Below, one piece after another: positions 51,575-61,473 of a DNA stretch of 64,000 bases. The notes beneath the pieces are model-generated. The model ran no database searches and was not told where the DNA came from. It saw only the letters and a program-made list of their open reading frames with translations. Position 1 is the first letter of the stretch; the number at the start of each line of letters is the position of its first letter. This stretch comes from a bacterium. Its GTDB lineage: Bacteria; Oederibacteriota; JAAXVQ01; JAUVAV01. The position numbers and the translations under genes are program-made. The stretch covers positions 22,948 to 86,947 of the forward strand of contig JAIORK010000036.1 of NCBI GenBank assembly GCA_021108215.1, given 5' to 3'.

Positions 51575-52876
51575 TTAGAGCCCACCGGAGCGCGGGATCG
51601 TCGCGTCCGTTAAGTCCACCCGGGGTGCGAGACGACCCGCCCGAACAGCATTTTGCATGCAGTGATAAATCCAGAGAAGTTTATTTTCATCCATCCCGAT
51701 TTTCCTTAGATGCGCGAGTGAAATACGCACATCAGCAATCTGATAAAGATAATAATCCACTTCCTTCCAGACCAACTCTGCAGACCGGGAGGTTCGATAA
51801 GGCGCTTCCACCAATAATGATTGCTCCTGAATAACTTTGGGAACATTCAAGACACGCGCCAGTTCAATAAGCTGACTTAGATAGACATCTTCCAATGGAT
51901 TGATATCATACGCCAAATCACCAAAGCGGGTGCCATACCCCAACAACCGCTTGGTTTTATTCATACTGCCAATGACCAAAGCATTATTGGCATCCGCCAA
52001 TTCGTACAATGCCAGCATCCGAACACGCGCAATTTTCTTCTTCTTTTCTCCGACCAGCCCGGATCCATTGGTAAAACTATTTTGCAGCCGCGGCCGCAGA
52101 TCGTGCATTGCCAACTGGTTTTTCAAACCACGGCTGATCAAATCAGCCCGGGCGCGTGTGGCTGCGCTTTTTTCGGTTTCAATAAAATGAACAAACCGGA
52201 CTTTTTCTCTTCCCAGCGCAGCCATCACCAACGCAGCGGTGACTGCCGAGTCCAATCCGCCGGAAATGCCCAAACATACGCTTTGTTTGCCGGAATGTTC
52301 AAATTGTTCTTTAATGAATGCTACAATCCGCTCACGGGCAACCTTGGTATCAACCCCCGGAAATTTTAGATTCCGCAAACCCACCGGAACCTCTCCGGTA
52401 AAGCTTTTGATCGCTTGGGCATGTTCCTGAAAAAAAAGATTCGAAAAATCCATTTCCACAATGCCTTCAAACGCTGAAAAATCCTGAAATCTATCCGTAC
52501 GCTGTTTGGGCCGGCGATTGGCGGTTCCGCCGCGATTATGATAGCTCTTTCGCTGCACTGGTTTTTTTTCATCCCTCTGTACCGGACGCGGTGCGCTCGC
52601 TGCTTTCTCCGGAACGGGGTTTGAACGCGGCGGACTTGCCGTGTTCTCCATCGCAGGTCTTGGATGCGGAACACTCCTTGCTTTCTCCGGTGCAGACATC
52701 GGGCGGGGCGCTTTCGACGGTTGCTTCGCCGTCAACCCCGTGTTCCCATCTTTTGGAACCAATGGTTTTTTTCGCCATTCACGATAAGGACGGCGTCTGC
52801 GTTTGGTCGCTCCGGCTGGTTTTTTCTCTCCAGACGGCGTGTTCGGTTTTCTTTCTGACTGTCCCTCTTCGAGCAT
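51575..52876 (-). CDS. nadE: NH3-dependent NAD+ synthetase with ~140-aa Pro/Arg/Lys-rich N-terminal extension
   Basis: PP-loop CLGISGGLDSAV, NKTKRLLGYGTRFGDLAYDINPLEDV (NadE signature). First ATG has a strong RBS (AGGAGAAAAC), so the low-complexity extension is probably translated. Confidence 0.8.
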   Translation of the reverse strand: MLEEGQSERKPNTPSGEKKPAGATKRRRRPYREWRKKPLVPKDGNTGLTAKQPSKAPRPMSAPEKARSVPHPRPAMENTASPPRSNPVPEKAASAPRPVQRDEKKPVQRKSYHNRGGTANRRPKQRTDRFQDFSAFEGIVEMDFSNLFFQEHAQAIKSFTGEVPVGLRNLKFPGVDTKVARERIVAFIKEQFEHSGKQSVCLGISGGLDSAVTAALVMAALGREKVRFVHFIETEKSAATRARADLISRGLKNQLAMHDLRPRLQNSFTNGSGLVGEKKKKIARVRMLALYELADANNALVIGSMNKTKRLLGYGTRFGDLAYDINPLEDVYLSQLIELARVLNVPKVIQEQSLLVEAPYRTSRSAELVWKEVDYYLYQIADVRISLAHLRKIGMDENKLLWIYHCMQNAVRAGRLAPRVDLTDATIPRSGGL

Positions 52877-52900
52877 GTTTTCTCCTAAAAAAAATATAGT

Positions 52901-53761
52901 CTAATAGCCTAAAGCTGCCAGCGAATCCAAATTTCGACGCGCGGTTTCATTTTTTTGATCAAGCTTCAGGGACAACTCCCATTCTTGCCGGGCCCGTTGG
53001 TAACGTCCCTGTTTAAAAAAAGCGGTCCCCCAATTGTTATGCGCCACGGAAAGACCGGGATCAAGACTCACTGCCTGTTCAAACGCCGCAATGGCATCAT
53101 CCAAACGTCCAACCTTGAGATAAACACTACCGAGATTATTATACACCCGCGCATCCCGGGGGTTGAGGCGCAAAACCTGCTGAAACTGCAGGATCGCTTC
53201 CGCATAGTTTCCTTGCTTGTAATAAACCAGCCCCAAAGAACGATGGGCCTCAAAATCACGCGGACGTTGCCGGGTCATTTTCTGGTATTGCGCAGCTGCT
53301 TTGTCATCTTCGCCCTGATCTGAATAAAGTTTTGCCAGTTGCGCATTGGCTTCCATGTGCCCGGGTCGTAGTTTAAGCGTTTTTTGCCAGGATTCAAATG
53401 CATCGCTGATTTTTCCCTCAGCCCGGTATTTTTCACCGCGCCGAAAATAAGTGTCTGCCAATTCTCCGGCAATGCCGGTATGCTCTAAATGTGCAGACTG
53501 TGCCTGTTCCAGGACGCGTACAGCCTCATCCGCCAATCCTTTTTTTTCCAGAACCCTGGACAACCGCATGCTGACATCCACATGCTTCGGTTCCTGTTCC
53601 AAAGCCCGGTAATAGGCGGCAATGGCTTCATCAATTTTTCCGGCAGACTCCAATTCACCGGCGTTTTTTACATGTCCGCCCAGAGAAGCACATCCCGCCA
53701 GCAGCAGCATGACAAAACCGGGAAGAAGTATTATTTGTATTTTCTTAAAAAAAGTGTTCAT
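52901..53761 (-). CDS. TPR-repeat lipoprotein
   Basis: Lipobox LLLAGCAS followed by ~7 TPR motifs (AIAAYYRALEQEP, AEAILQFQQVLRLNP, etc). Confidence 0.6.
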   Translation of the reverse strand: MNTFFKKIQIILLPGFVMLLLAGCASLGGHVKNAGELESAGKIDEAIAAYYRALEQEPKHVDVSMRLSRVLEKKGLADEAVRVLEQAQSAHLEHTGIAGELADTYFRRGEKYRAEGKISDAFESWQKTLKLRPGHMEANAQLAKLYSDQGEDDKAAAQYQKMTRQRPRDFEAHRSLGLVYYKQGNYAEAILQFQQVLRLNPRDARVYNNLGSVYLKVGRLDDAIAAFEQAVSLDPGLSVAHNNWGTAFFKQGRYQRARQEWELSLKLDQKNETARRNLDSLAALGY

Positions 53762-53846
53762 TGGTTAACAAAACCACCCTGTCCTGTTCCCCCGGCCCCA
53801 AATCCGGTGTTGGTTGCTTCTACGGTAGCAGATCGTTTTAGGCTTG

Positions 53847-54815
53847 TCAAGAAAGCGGCCCTGCCGCCATGCTGTCCAGCACAGCTAAAAATGCCGCCTC
53901 TGTCTCACAGGTATTCACCTGTCGCCGGTAAACCGACGCACCCCGCAATCCTTTCAGATACCAAGCTGTATGCTTGCGCATTTCCAGGCGCGCCGTGTGC
54001 CCGCCTTTGAGCGCCTTCAATTGTTGATAATGTCCACGAATAATCCCCACACGCTCATTCCAGCCTGGTTCCAAAAGCGTCTCGCCGGTTTGAAGATATT
54101 GATTGATGTTCTGAAAAACCCAGGGACGTCCCATGGCACCGCGCCCCACCATCACGGCGGCACAGCCGGTCTGATCAAGCATGGCCTTGGCATCCGGGCC
54201 GCTTAGTATATCACCATTGCCTATCACCGGAATGGTCACGACATTGACCACATCTTGAATATGCCGCCAATCGGCCCGCCCCTCAAACCGTTGCGCACGG
54301 GTCCGCGCGTGCACCGCAATAGCCGCTGCCCCCGCAGCTTCAACCCGCTGTGCAATCTCAATCGCGTTGATGGCGGACTGATCCCATCCTATTCGAATTT
54401 TGACAGTAACAGGTACCGGACATTTTTTGACACATGCGACCACAATGGACTGAAGCAATGCCGGTTCTTTGAGAAGTGCAGAGCCGCCGCGATGACGGAC
54501 CACTTTGGGCACCGGACAGCCGAAATTAAGATCCACCATATCTGCTCCGGCTTGCGCTAACTTAACAGAGGCTTCGGCCATGATATCGGGATCTGCACCA
54601 AATAGTTGAAATGCCAAGGGATGCTCTTCTGCCTCTGTTGCCAGCATTTTCAGGGTATTGGGCTGGTTGCGCATAATGCCGTGACAGCTGAGCATTTCCG
54701 AGTAAACCAGTGCCGCGCCATAACCACGGCACAATCTCCGAAAAGGAAGATTTCCCACACCGGCCAATGGCGCCAGGACTGCCTGCCCCTTTATTTTCAA
54801 ATTGCCTATATCCAT
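53847..54815 (-). CDS. dusB: tRNA-dihydrouridine synthase
   Basis: FMN TIM-barrel, catalytic Cys context DLNFGCPVPKVV; 322 aa. Confidence 0.88.
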   Translation of the reverse strand: MDIGNLKIKGQAVLAPLAGVGNLPFRRLCRGYGAALVYSEMLSCHGIMRNQPNTLKMLATEAEEHPLAFQLFGADPDIMAEASVKLAQAGADMVDLNFGCPVPKVVRHRGGSALLKEPALLQSIVVACVKKCPVPVTVKIRIGWDQSAINAIEIAQRVEAAGAAAIAVHARTRAQRFEGRADWRHIQDVVNVVTIPVIGNGDILSGPDAKAMLDQTGCAAVMVGRGAMGRPWVFQNINQYLQTGETLLEPGWNERVGIIRGHYQQLKALKGGHTARLEMRKHTAWYLKGLRGASVYRRQVNTCETEAAFLAVLDSMAAGPLS

Positions 54816-54852
54816 TCCTGTCCCTTACTACCAAAAGGCTGTACCCTAATAA

Positions 54853-55176
54853 TTAGTCTACCAACATTTCATTGATCACCGCTTTAATTTGCAGACGGGT
54901 TTTGGCACTTAGCTTTCCAATCTTTTTAACCAATCGGCGTTTGTCAACGGTCCGGATTTGATCAAGAACAACCCATCCTTTTTTATTCTGAAATGTCAGA
55001 CCAACTCTGGTGGGATATTTCTTTGATTGTGTGGTCATTGGCGCAATAATAACAGTTGAAATATACCGATTCATTTCATCAGGAGAAATGACAACACAGG
55101 GTCTGGTTTTCTTGATCTCATGACCCATTGCAGGATCCAGACAAATAAGATAAATATCATATTGAGTGATCACCAC
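54853..55176 (-). CDS. mazF: MazF/PemK family endoribonuclease toxin
   Basis: 107 aa; GDIYLICLDPAMGHEIKKTRPCVVISPDEMN matches the PemK/MazF core (GDI..v.fdP..G.E..K.RPalVvS). Confidence 0.75.
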   Translation of the reverse strand: MVITQYDIYLICLDPAMGHEIKKTRPCVVISPDEMNRYISTVIIAPMTTQSKKYPTRVGLTFQNKKGWVVLDQIRTVDKRRLVKKIGKLSAKTRLQIKAVINEMLVD

Positions 55177-55418
55177 TTCCAGTCACCTTTATCCAGATCA
55201 AGATAATCATCAATAAGCAGGGTATCTTGTTTATTATTGTTCATTGCCAAAAACTTTGCATCCCAGTCTTTCCGAATATCTTTTTTGACTGGTTTTAAAA
55301 CGATACGGTCACTGGTTATTTCGGCATCAACTTGCTCGCCGATATGACATTGCCGCAAAATAGCTTTTGGCAATCGAACACCTCTGGAATTTCCAATTTG
55401 TATAATATCAATCCGCAT
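55170..55418 (-). CDS. mazE: MazE/AbrB-type antitoxin (SpoVT/AbrB swapped-hairpin domain)
   Basis: IQIGNSRGVRLPKAIL motif. Start reassigned to the ATG after GGGAGGTG (the listed ORF has a 41-aa extension); overlaps the mazF start. Confidence 0.65.
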   Translation of the reverse strand: MRIDIIQIGNSRGVRLPKAILRQCHIGEQVDAEITSDRIVLKPVKKDIRKDWDAKFLAMNNNKQDTLLIDDYLDLDKGDWKW

Positions 55419-55548
55419 TGTATTCACCTCCCTTACTTCAAATGTAATTATATTGTAATTACATTTGTTTGTCAAGCATTCATGCCTATCATCGCTATAG
55501 CGCCGGCACGAAGGACGAAAATGCAAGTCGGCTATATGCATATCTGTC

Positions 55549-58500
55549 TCACCGACTGTATTTTTGCAAAATATTGCGAAACTCCATAAATCCTTTGCTT
55601 AATAAATAATTACAAAACTCTTCTGCTCTCTTTTTACTCGCTTGATGATTCTTACTGAAAACACTCTCGAGTATCGCCATAATCTCATCCTGATGAAACG
55701 CAATGAAATTTATTTCATTTTCCGCTAAAGCTACTAATATTTTAACAACTTCAGTTGGATAAGTTTCAACCATTGTTTTAAGTTGTTCCATAATTGGTGG
55801 AATTGCTTCGATATGCTTGGTTTTTTCCAGCACAAATAATAATTGATCAATCGCCCACTGCGAGTCACACTTCCCGGATCCAAACCAATGCCCAAACGCC
55901 GACATTTCATTCAAAAAGATTTCCGGACTCGTTGATAAAAAAAGCATTTTGCATCGCTTTTCCCACATTTTTTTTATGCGCTGCATTTCCATAGCTGATA
56001 AATTTTCCGTGCTCCCTAATATATCAAAACCGATCATTTGCATTGCTGTCCCTCTTAATTCATCCGGCGCTCTTTTCCAAAAATTTATAAAAATATCCGA
56101 TTCTAATTCCAGTTTTCCGCGAATATAAAACAACATCAGATGCCAAGCCAATCGCTTATCTTTTTCTTCCGCAACATCCTCAATTTCGTTGACTGCCCGA
56201 GCATACTCTGTTTTCAATATTTCAAAAACATTATCATAGGGCTGACACAACAAAATATATGCCTTCCAGGCCACAGCCCAATATTCACGTTCCCTCTCAT
56301 CTTCCGGGAATATCCGGGTCCGTGCTTTGGCTGACCATTCCGGTTTTACTTTTGCCAGCCAAGGAAACCAACGCCCGTATACCGAATGAATAGCCAAGCT
56401 GGAATCTTGCGTATGATCAAGATGTTTATCCAAAATCTTTTCAATTTCAGGCATCATTTCTTCTCTTTTATCCTCTTCAAAATCATCTGTTTGACTCTGG
56501 ATTTTATTTCTGTAAATCCACCACATATAATTCATAACTGCATGCATGGCTTTTCCGCGGGTAGAATTGATTGAACGGGAATATGGTTCCATGTCATGTG
56601 TGTTTTCATATTCACTTGTCGGATCCGAATCTTCGGTTAATGGCTCTAAAACAGTCCAAACGCTTTTCCGTAGCTTTAAGGGGATTAAATTTTTACGCAT
56701 ACCTTCAACCAGGCAGTCTGCTATCTCCCCCCTGGCTTGGCCCCTATCGTCCGCATTTTCCTCTTTTATTTCGCGTGACTGTCGCATCCACTGACCAAGT
56801 TCCAGCATAGACGCCCACTCCAGCTTTGTATTGGTATTACGGATCACTTCTTTAAATCCAAATAATATCCAAAATAAATAATTTGAAGTATATGGACTGG
56901 TAAGCCGGGTAAATTGCCGTGCCTCGACAGAATACAATTCAGGCCTGGCTTGCACCAAAGACGACAGCATTTGCGCCAATCCTTCCGCAGAAACGTCTCT
57001 GACTTCTGCTGATGGTTTCCAAGCGTTTAAAAATTCAACCAGCTTCTCAATTGGCAAGGCGGCTAACTCGTCCAGGGTTTTTGGGCTGGATTCCCATCCC
57101 CCCTCCACTACAACTCCGGTGTTTCTCTTTTTCTCCGCTACACCATATTCTTGAACTAATTTCGTATAATAAGGCTGCCATGCCGCTGGCAAAGCTTGGC
57201 CAAACCTGGCCAGACAATCCCTTTGCCAGTGCCGGCGAACTTGCTCAGCCTCATCTTTCCCGGGTTTTCTGTACCTCTTGTCAAAATCCGGCCCGTCTTC
57301 AACCCATTTTAAGATCATCGCCTGTTTATCCTGCGGTAAAAATCCAAAACCCTTTTCCAGCAGCGGTCCATATTCATCCCAGCATTCACCACTTGCAAAT
57401 AACGCCTTGTCTGATAAATATTTATCTGTCAGTTCCGGCGCTGACCCGGGACAAAGGCTTAATAAATGAAGCGCTATCCGCTTGAAAAGCATCCATGGTT
57501 TCTCGCTTGAAATTTTTACCAAAACATCAATACCTATAGTCGCATCCAATTGCGTGCCTGTCTTTAATATCAAATCGATTAGAATATTTCTAAGCTCGTA
57601 CATCTCATATTGCATTGGTTTTTCAATCTCCGGGCGCCAAAAAAAAGAATAATCATTATTATTTTCCGGTTCCTCATCCTTGGCTTGTGAATATCTCAAT
57701 GCCATATCCAACATCTCGCATAGCCATCGGAACACAGGAACACCGGTTGACTTTGCAAGTTCCGGAATAATCTTCTCCGTTATCTCTTTATACCGGGAAA
57801 TTTCTACTCTTGTTTTCGGATGCGGGCCATCCCAATAGCGCTCTGCGTTTTCTTTGCTCTTCTGCCAGCGAGGATCCGGGAGTATTACCAGCATTTTTTT
57901 CGCCAGCCCGAAAGCTTCCTCCGCTTTTCCTGCCAAAGTATAATACAGGACCAGTTCAGCCAAATGCTTGTCAAGCGGATAAAACAAATATTCATTTACC
58001 ATCCACTTGGCTGCTTTATCTATTAAACTCATAGCTATATCAATCGGCAGATTCAGCGTTGCTTTAACCAAACCATCAATAACATAGACATTTTGTGTGT
58101 CAGGGATGATTAAAATAATATCCGCAACTGCTTGGGGCGCTATTTTGGCCATCCGCACTAAATAACCGGATTCCGCCCAAAATGGAAACGTTATGGAACC
58201 ATCTTCATTTTGTAGCAGCTCCGGGGGACTTCGAAAAACTGATGTATCTTTTAGCCGTGCAAGCCATTTTGGATTAGAGCATCTTTCAAAAAAGTATTTG
58301 CGTATAAAATAGACATCAGGAATTTCTTTGTAGAGTTTTTCCGCATCCTTAGAAGTCGGATTATCTTTTTCCAGTAATTTATCCAGTTCGGCAATCAATC
58401 CCGAGCTATGATTGCGCAACGCATGTAAAATCCGCTTCAAATAAACATCCATGTCCGACAAGTTTTTTTCCAGATCACTTGGAGTCATTCGCGGAGCATC

Positions 58501-59391
58501 CAATCTATCTCGGTGCGCTATTTTTTGCAGGGTTCCAGGCTTTACAAACCACTGCAATTCATCTTCTTCTCTCTCTCCTGTTAATTCTTTTAACAACCTC
58601 TCTATTTCTTTTTTATGCGCATCATGTTCACCTTGTTTTTTTTCTATATCCAGATAAAGTCTCAACACATCCCTGATACTGCTTTCAATTTCTCTAAGCA
58701 AATGCCCCAGCAAATGCGAGCGAGTCTTTAATTCCCCTCCATTTCGTCTTATCCAGCAAATATCCCAATAAAACGCTTCTGCTCCAGGCCCGGCCAGTTC
58801 TTTTAAGTCCTCATAGACTTGTCTTTGGATGCCATCTAATTGAAAATTTTGCTGCGGTCCTAGGGGCATCTCTGCTGCTTTTTTGTCCACCTGCTCAGGC
58901 AATTTTCCCAGCTCTAATATCTTTTCCAATTTCGCAAGCGTCGCAATTGTGATATTTTTTTTCCCTTTTTCAAGAGCGGAAATATCCGGCTGCTTTAAAC
59001 CTGTGCGGCGGGCCAAATCTGCTTGTGTCCAACCCTTCTGTTCTCTGGCCTGTTTTATTTTTCTTCCAATTACCTGATTCTCTTCAGCCGGCGCACCTTT
59101 AATCCGCTTGTTTTTACCTTTTTTTTGTTCAAGCAGTTCATAAACACGCTCCCACTTGGCATAATAATCCGGCGCCTCACTGGTGCGCTTCCATTCCCGC
59201 CGGATTTTCGGCCACACTTCAGTAAATTGCTCTTTTGTGATGAAGGTAAAAATGTCTTTGGGGCGATCATTGCGTGTTAAAACACGGATAATTTTTTTCG
59301 GAAAATCAGGATGTTCAGGAATCTTAAGGATTCGCTCCGTTTCCTTCAAGGCATCTTCCGGCAAATCCCAAAAATAATCTCCGATCTTCAT
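55549..59391 (-). CDS. Giant (1280-aa) helical protein with embedded XRE-family HTH, translationally coupled to an AbiEii-like nucleotidyltransferase
   Basis: HTH at ~aa 105-165 (IGRKIKQAREQKGWTQADLARRTGLKQPDISALEKGKKNITIATLAKL). Remainder is alpha-helical/repeat-like with no Walker or nuclease motifs seen. Stop overlaps the downstream start (ATGA). Confidence 0.5.
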   Translation of the reverse strand: MKIGDYFWDLPEDALKETERILKIPEHPDFPKKIIRVLTRNDRPKDIFTFITKEQFTEVWPKIRREWKRTSEAPDYYAKWERVYELLEQKKGKNKRIKGAPAEENQVIGRKIKQAREQKGWTQADLARRTGLKQPDISALEKGKKNITIATLAKLEKILELGKLPEQVDKKAAEMPLGPQQNFQLDGIQRQVYEDLKELAGPGAEAFYWDICWIRRNGGELKTRSHLLGHLLREIESSIRDVLRLYLDIEKKQGEHDAHKKEIERLLKELTGEREEDELQWFVKPGTLQKIAHRDRLDAPRMTPSDLEKNLSDMDVYLKRILHALRNHSSGLIAELDKLLEKDNPTSKDAEKLYKEIPDVYFIRKYFFERCSNPKWLARLKDTSVFRSPPELLQNEDGSITFPFWAESGYLVRMAKIAPQAVADIILIIPDTQNVYVIDGLVKATLNLPIDIAMSLIDKAAKWMVNEYLFYPLDKHLAELVLYYTLAGKAEEAFGLAKKMLVILPDPRWQKSKENAERYWDGPHPKTRVEISRYKEITEKIIPELAKSTGVPVFRWLCEMLDMALRYSQAKDEEPENNNDYSFFWRPEIEKPMQYEMYELRNILIDLILKTGTQLDATIGIDVLVKISSEKPWMLFKRIALHLLSLCPGSAPELTDKYLSDKALFASGECWDEYGPLLEKGFGFLPQDKQAMILKWVEDGPDFDKRYRKPGKDEAEQVRRHWQRDCLARFGQALPAAWQPYYTKLVQEYGVAEKKRNTGVVVEGGWESSPKTLDELAALPIEKLVEFLNAWKPSAEVRDVSAEGLAQMLSSLVQARPELYSVEARQFTRLTSPYTSNYLFWILFGFKEVIRNTNTKLEWASMLELGQWMRQSREIKEENADDRGQARGEIADCLVEGMRKNLIPLKLRKSVWTVLEPLTEDSDPTSEYENTHDMEPYSRSINSTRGKAMHAVMNYMWWIYRNKIQSQTDDFEEDKREEMMPEIEKILDKHLDHTQDSSLAIHSVYGRWFPWLAKVKPEWSAKARTRIFPEDEREREYWAVAWKAYILLCQPYDNVFEILKTEYARAVNEIEDVAEEKDKRLAWHLMLFYIRGKLELESDIFINFWKRAPDELRGTAMQMIGFDILGSTENLSAMEMQRIKKMWEKRCKMLFLSTSPEIFLNEMSAFGHWFGSGKCDSQWAIDQLLFVLEKTKHIEAIPPIMEQLKTMVETYPTEVVKILVALAENEINFIAFHQDEIMAILESVFSKNHQASKKRAEEFCNYLLSKGFMEFRNILQKYSR

Positions 59392-60110
59392 GAGAGTTCA
59401 CCCTCCAAAAACGCGCTCAATTCATCATCTAAATGACGGATAATCATTTTTGATTTGAGTTTGCGGTCATAAATGGCATCAGCATAATCCAAATAATCTT
59501 GCTCAAACTTTTGGGTTGAAAATCTCTTGCGCCACCCTATCATCGTTCGCTGATAGGTGCGTGGAATCGTTTTTAAAAATGAATGTAATGGCTCGATCTT
59601 TTTGGACAAATAATAGAGATCAATAACATCACGCGGGACATTTCGACCAACAGCTTGCGGTTCTCCATGTCCATTCTTCTCAGGTACAATTCCGGTAATC
59701 GCGATTATTTTTTGAAAATAAATCCGATTGACATCATACACCGGTATACCCTTAATTTTCTTAATAAAATTTTCCCTGGTTAGCTGCGGAAGGACATCTT
59801 CTACGAAATCAAGTTTCAATGATTCGGAAGTTTTCTCTATAGGGATGGTATAAAAATGAACATTCATTTTCCCGGGATGAGTAATTTCATCCTTGAATTC
59901 CGGTTTGTATCCACCTTTTTTTATTTCTTCAAGAATCGAAACAATTTCCCCATAATTAAACTCAAGTGAAAAGAAATCCAGATCGCGTGAAAAACGATGT
60001 TGAAGATAAAAAATCTCCAATGCCGTCCCGCCGGCCAAAGCAAAATTCCCGGGATTTTTGGAAAATAAGTTCAAAATTTCCAGATGTAATTTTCGCAGTC
60101 TTTTATTCAC
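59388..60110 (-). CDS. Nucleotidyltransferase, AbiEii/AbiGii toxin family (DUF1814-like)
   Basis: NTase-fold motifs FALAGGTALEIFYLQHRFSRDLDFFS (hG[GS] ... [DE]xD pattern typical of AbiEii); 240 aa. Confidence 0.65.
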   Translation of the reverse strand: MNKRLRKLHLEILNLFSKNPGNFALAGGTALEIFYLQHRFSRDLDFFSLEFNYGEIVSILEEIKKGGYKPEFKDEITHPGKMNVHFYTIPIEKTSESLKLDFVEDVLPQLTRENFIKKIKGIPVYDVNRIYFQKIIAITGIVPEKNGHGEPQAVGRNVPRDVIDLYYLSKKIEPLHSFLKTIPRTYQRTMIGWRKRFSTQKFEQDYLDYADAIYDRKLKSKMIIRHLDDELSAFLEGELS

Positions 60111-60175
60111 ATCAACACCGCCAACAAAATATAGCTTATATGCTATATTGATTATAGTTTAAAAGCTATATTTTG

Positions 60176-61192
60176 TCAACTATCCATTGAAGCAAGATTG
60201 GCATAAGCCGGCAAATCCCAAGCAGAGCGCCGACCCGCTGCCAAATAGCGCGCGCCTACGGATGCTATCATGGCGGCGTTGTCTGTACACCACTCCACCG
60301 GCGGGCTAAAAAACGGGATACCCTCTTGATGTGCGGCCGCAGAAAACGCCTCCCGCAAAGACCGGTTGGCGGCAACCCCGCCGGTCAGTACCAAAGCATG
60401 TACCTCATGCTTTTGAATAACCGCCAGGGTTTTGCGTACCAAATCCTCAATAACCGTCTTTTGAAACCCGGCGGCAATCTCTGCCGCCACCAATTCTTTT
60501 CCTGCTTTACGACTGCTCTCGAGCAAATAACGAACCGCAGTTTTTATCCCGGAATAGGAAAAATCCGCAGACCCGTCTTTCATACGCGGAAGGGTGAACC
60601 GAATACCGGATTGCGGGTGATTCTTGGCTGCCGCCTCAATGGCCGGACCACCGGGATATGGCATCCCCAACAATTTGGCAACTTTATCAAATGCCTCCCC
60701 CACCGCATCATCCCGGGTACTGGCCAGCAATTCATACTCCGGAAGATCGCCCGCTGTCACCAGATAAAGATTAGTATGTCCGCCGGATGCAACCAGCCCG
60801 ACAAAGGGATAGGGTAAAGCGGGATGATTCAATTCCGAAGCAAACAGATGGCCTTCCAGATGGTTAATGCCAATAAAAGGCAGTTGACGTGCAAAAGCAG
60901 CTGCCTTGGCCCATGTCAACCCAACCAATAAAGCACCCATAAGACCGGGACCGCAGGTGGCGGCAATGCCGTCAATATCATCCCAGGATAACCCGGCCTG
61001 AGAAAATGTCTCATCAATGACCCGGGGTAGATCGCGCAGATGCTGCCGCGAGGCAAGCTCCGGAACCACCCCGCCATAAGGCGCATGCACCTTGAGCTGC
61101 GATGCCACAACAGAGGCAAGCACTTCCCGCTGCTCTGTGACCACGGCTGCTGATGTTTCATCACAAGATGATTCAATGCCGAGTATTTTCAT
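60176..61192 (-). CDS. tsaD: tRNA N6-adenosine threonylcarbamoyltransferase
   Basis: MKILGIESSCDETSAAVV, HxxGH metal site (NHLEGHLF), Kae1/YgjD fold; 338 aa. Confidence 0.93.
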   Translation of the reverse strand: MKILGIESSCDETSAAVVTEQREVLASVVASQLKVHAPYGGVVPELASRQHLRDLPRVIDETFSQAGLSWDDIDGIAATCGPGLMGALLVGLTWAKAAAFARQLPFIGINHLEGHLFASELNHPALPYPFVGLVASGGHTNLYLVTAGDLPEYELLASTRDDAVGEAFDKVAKLLGMPYPGGPAIEAAAKNHPQSGIRFTLPRMKDGSADFSYSGIKTAVRYLLESSRKAGKELVAAEIAAGFQKTVIEDLVRKTLAVIQKHEVHALVLTGGVAANRSLREAFSAAAHQEGIPFFSPPVEWCTDNAAMIASVGARYLAAGRRSAWDLPAYANLASMDS

Positions 61193-61473
61193 AAAGCTTC
61201 CGTTTGCCGCCCTTAATCAAACACCACGCCCGGATCGTTCGAACGTGGTGTGGAGATTGTGCCAAGTATTTGTTTTATTCAGACGAGAAACAAAAAAAAC
61301 CGGATGATTCACCGTAAATGCTGCTTGACGAATCGATTTGCTTTATCCAATAATACCGTTTCATCTGAATAAAACAAACACTTGGCACAATCCATTAAAT
61401 TATTTTAATCCCCGGCGTAAGCCCCGACTGAAAAAATACCGTTCTTTGGAACGCTGTCACAGCCTGTGAATTT

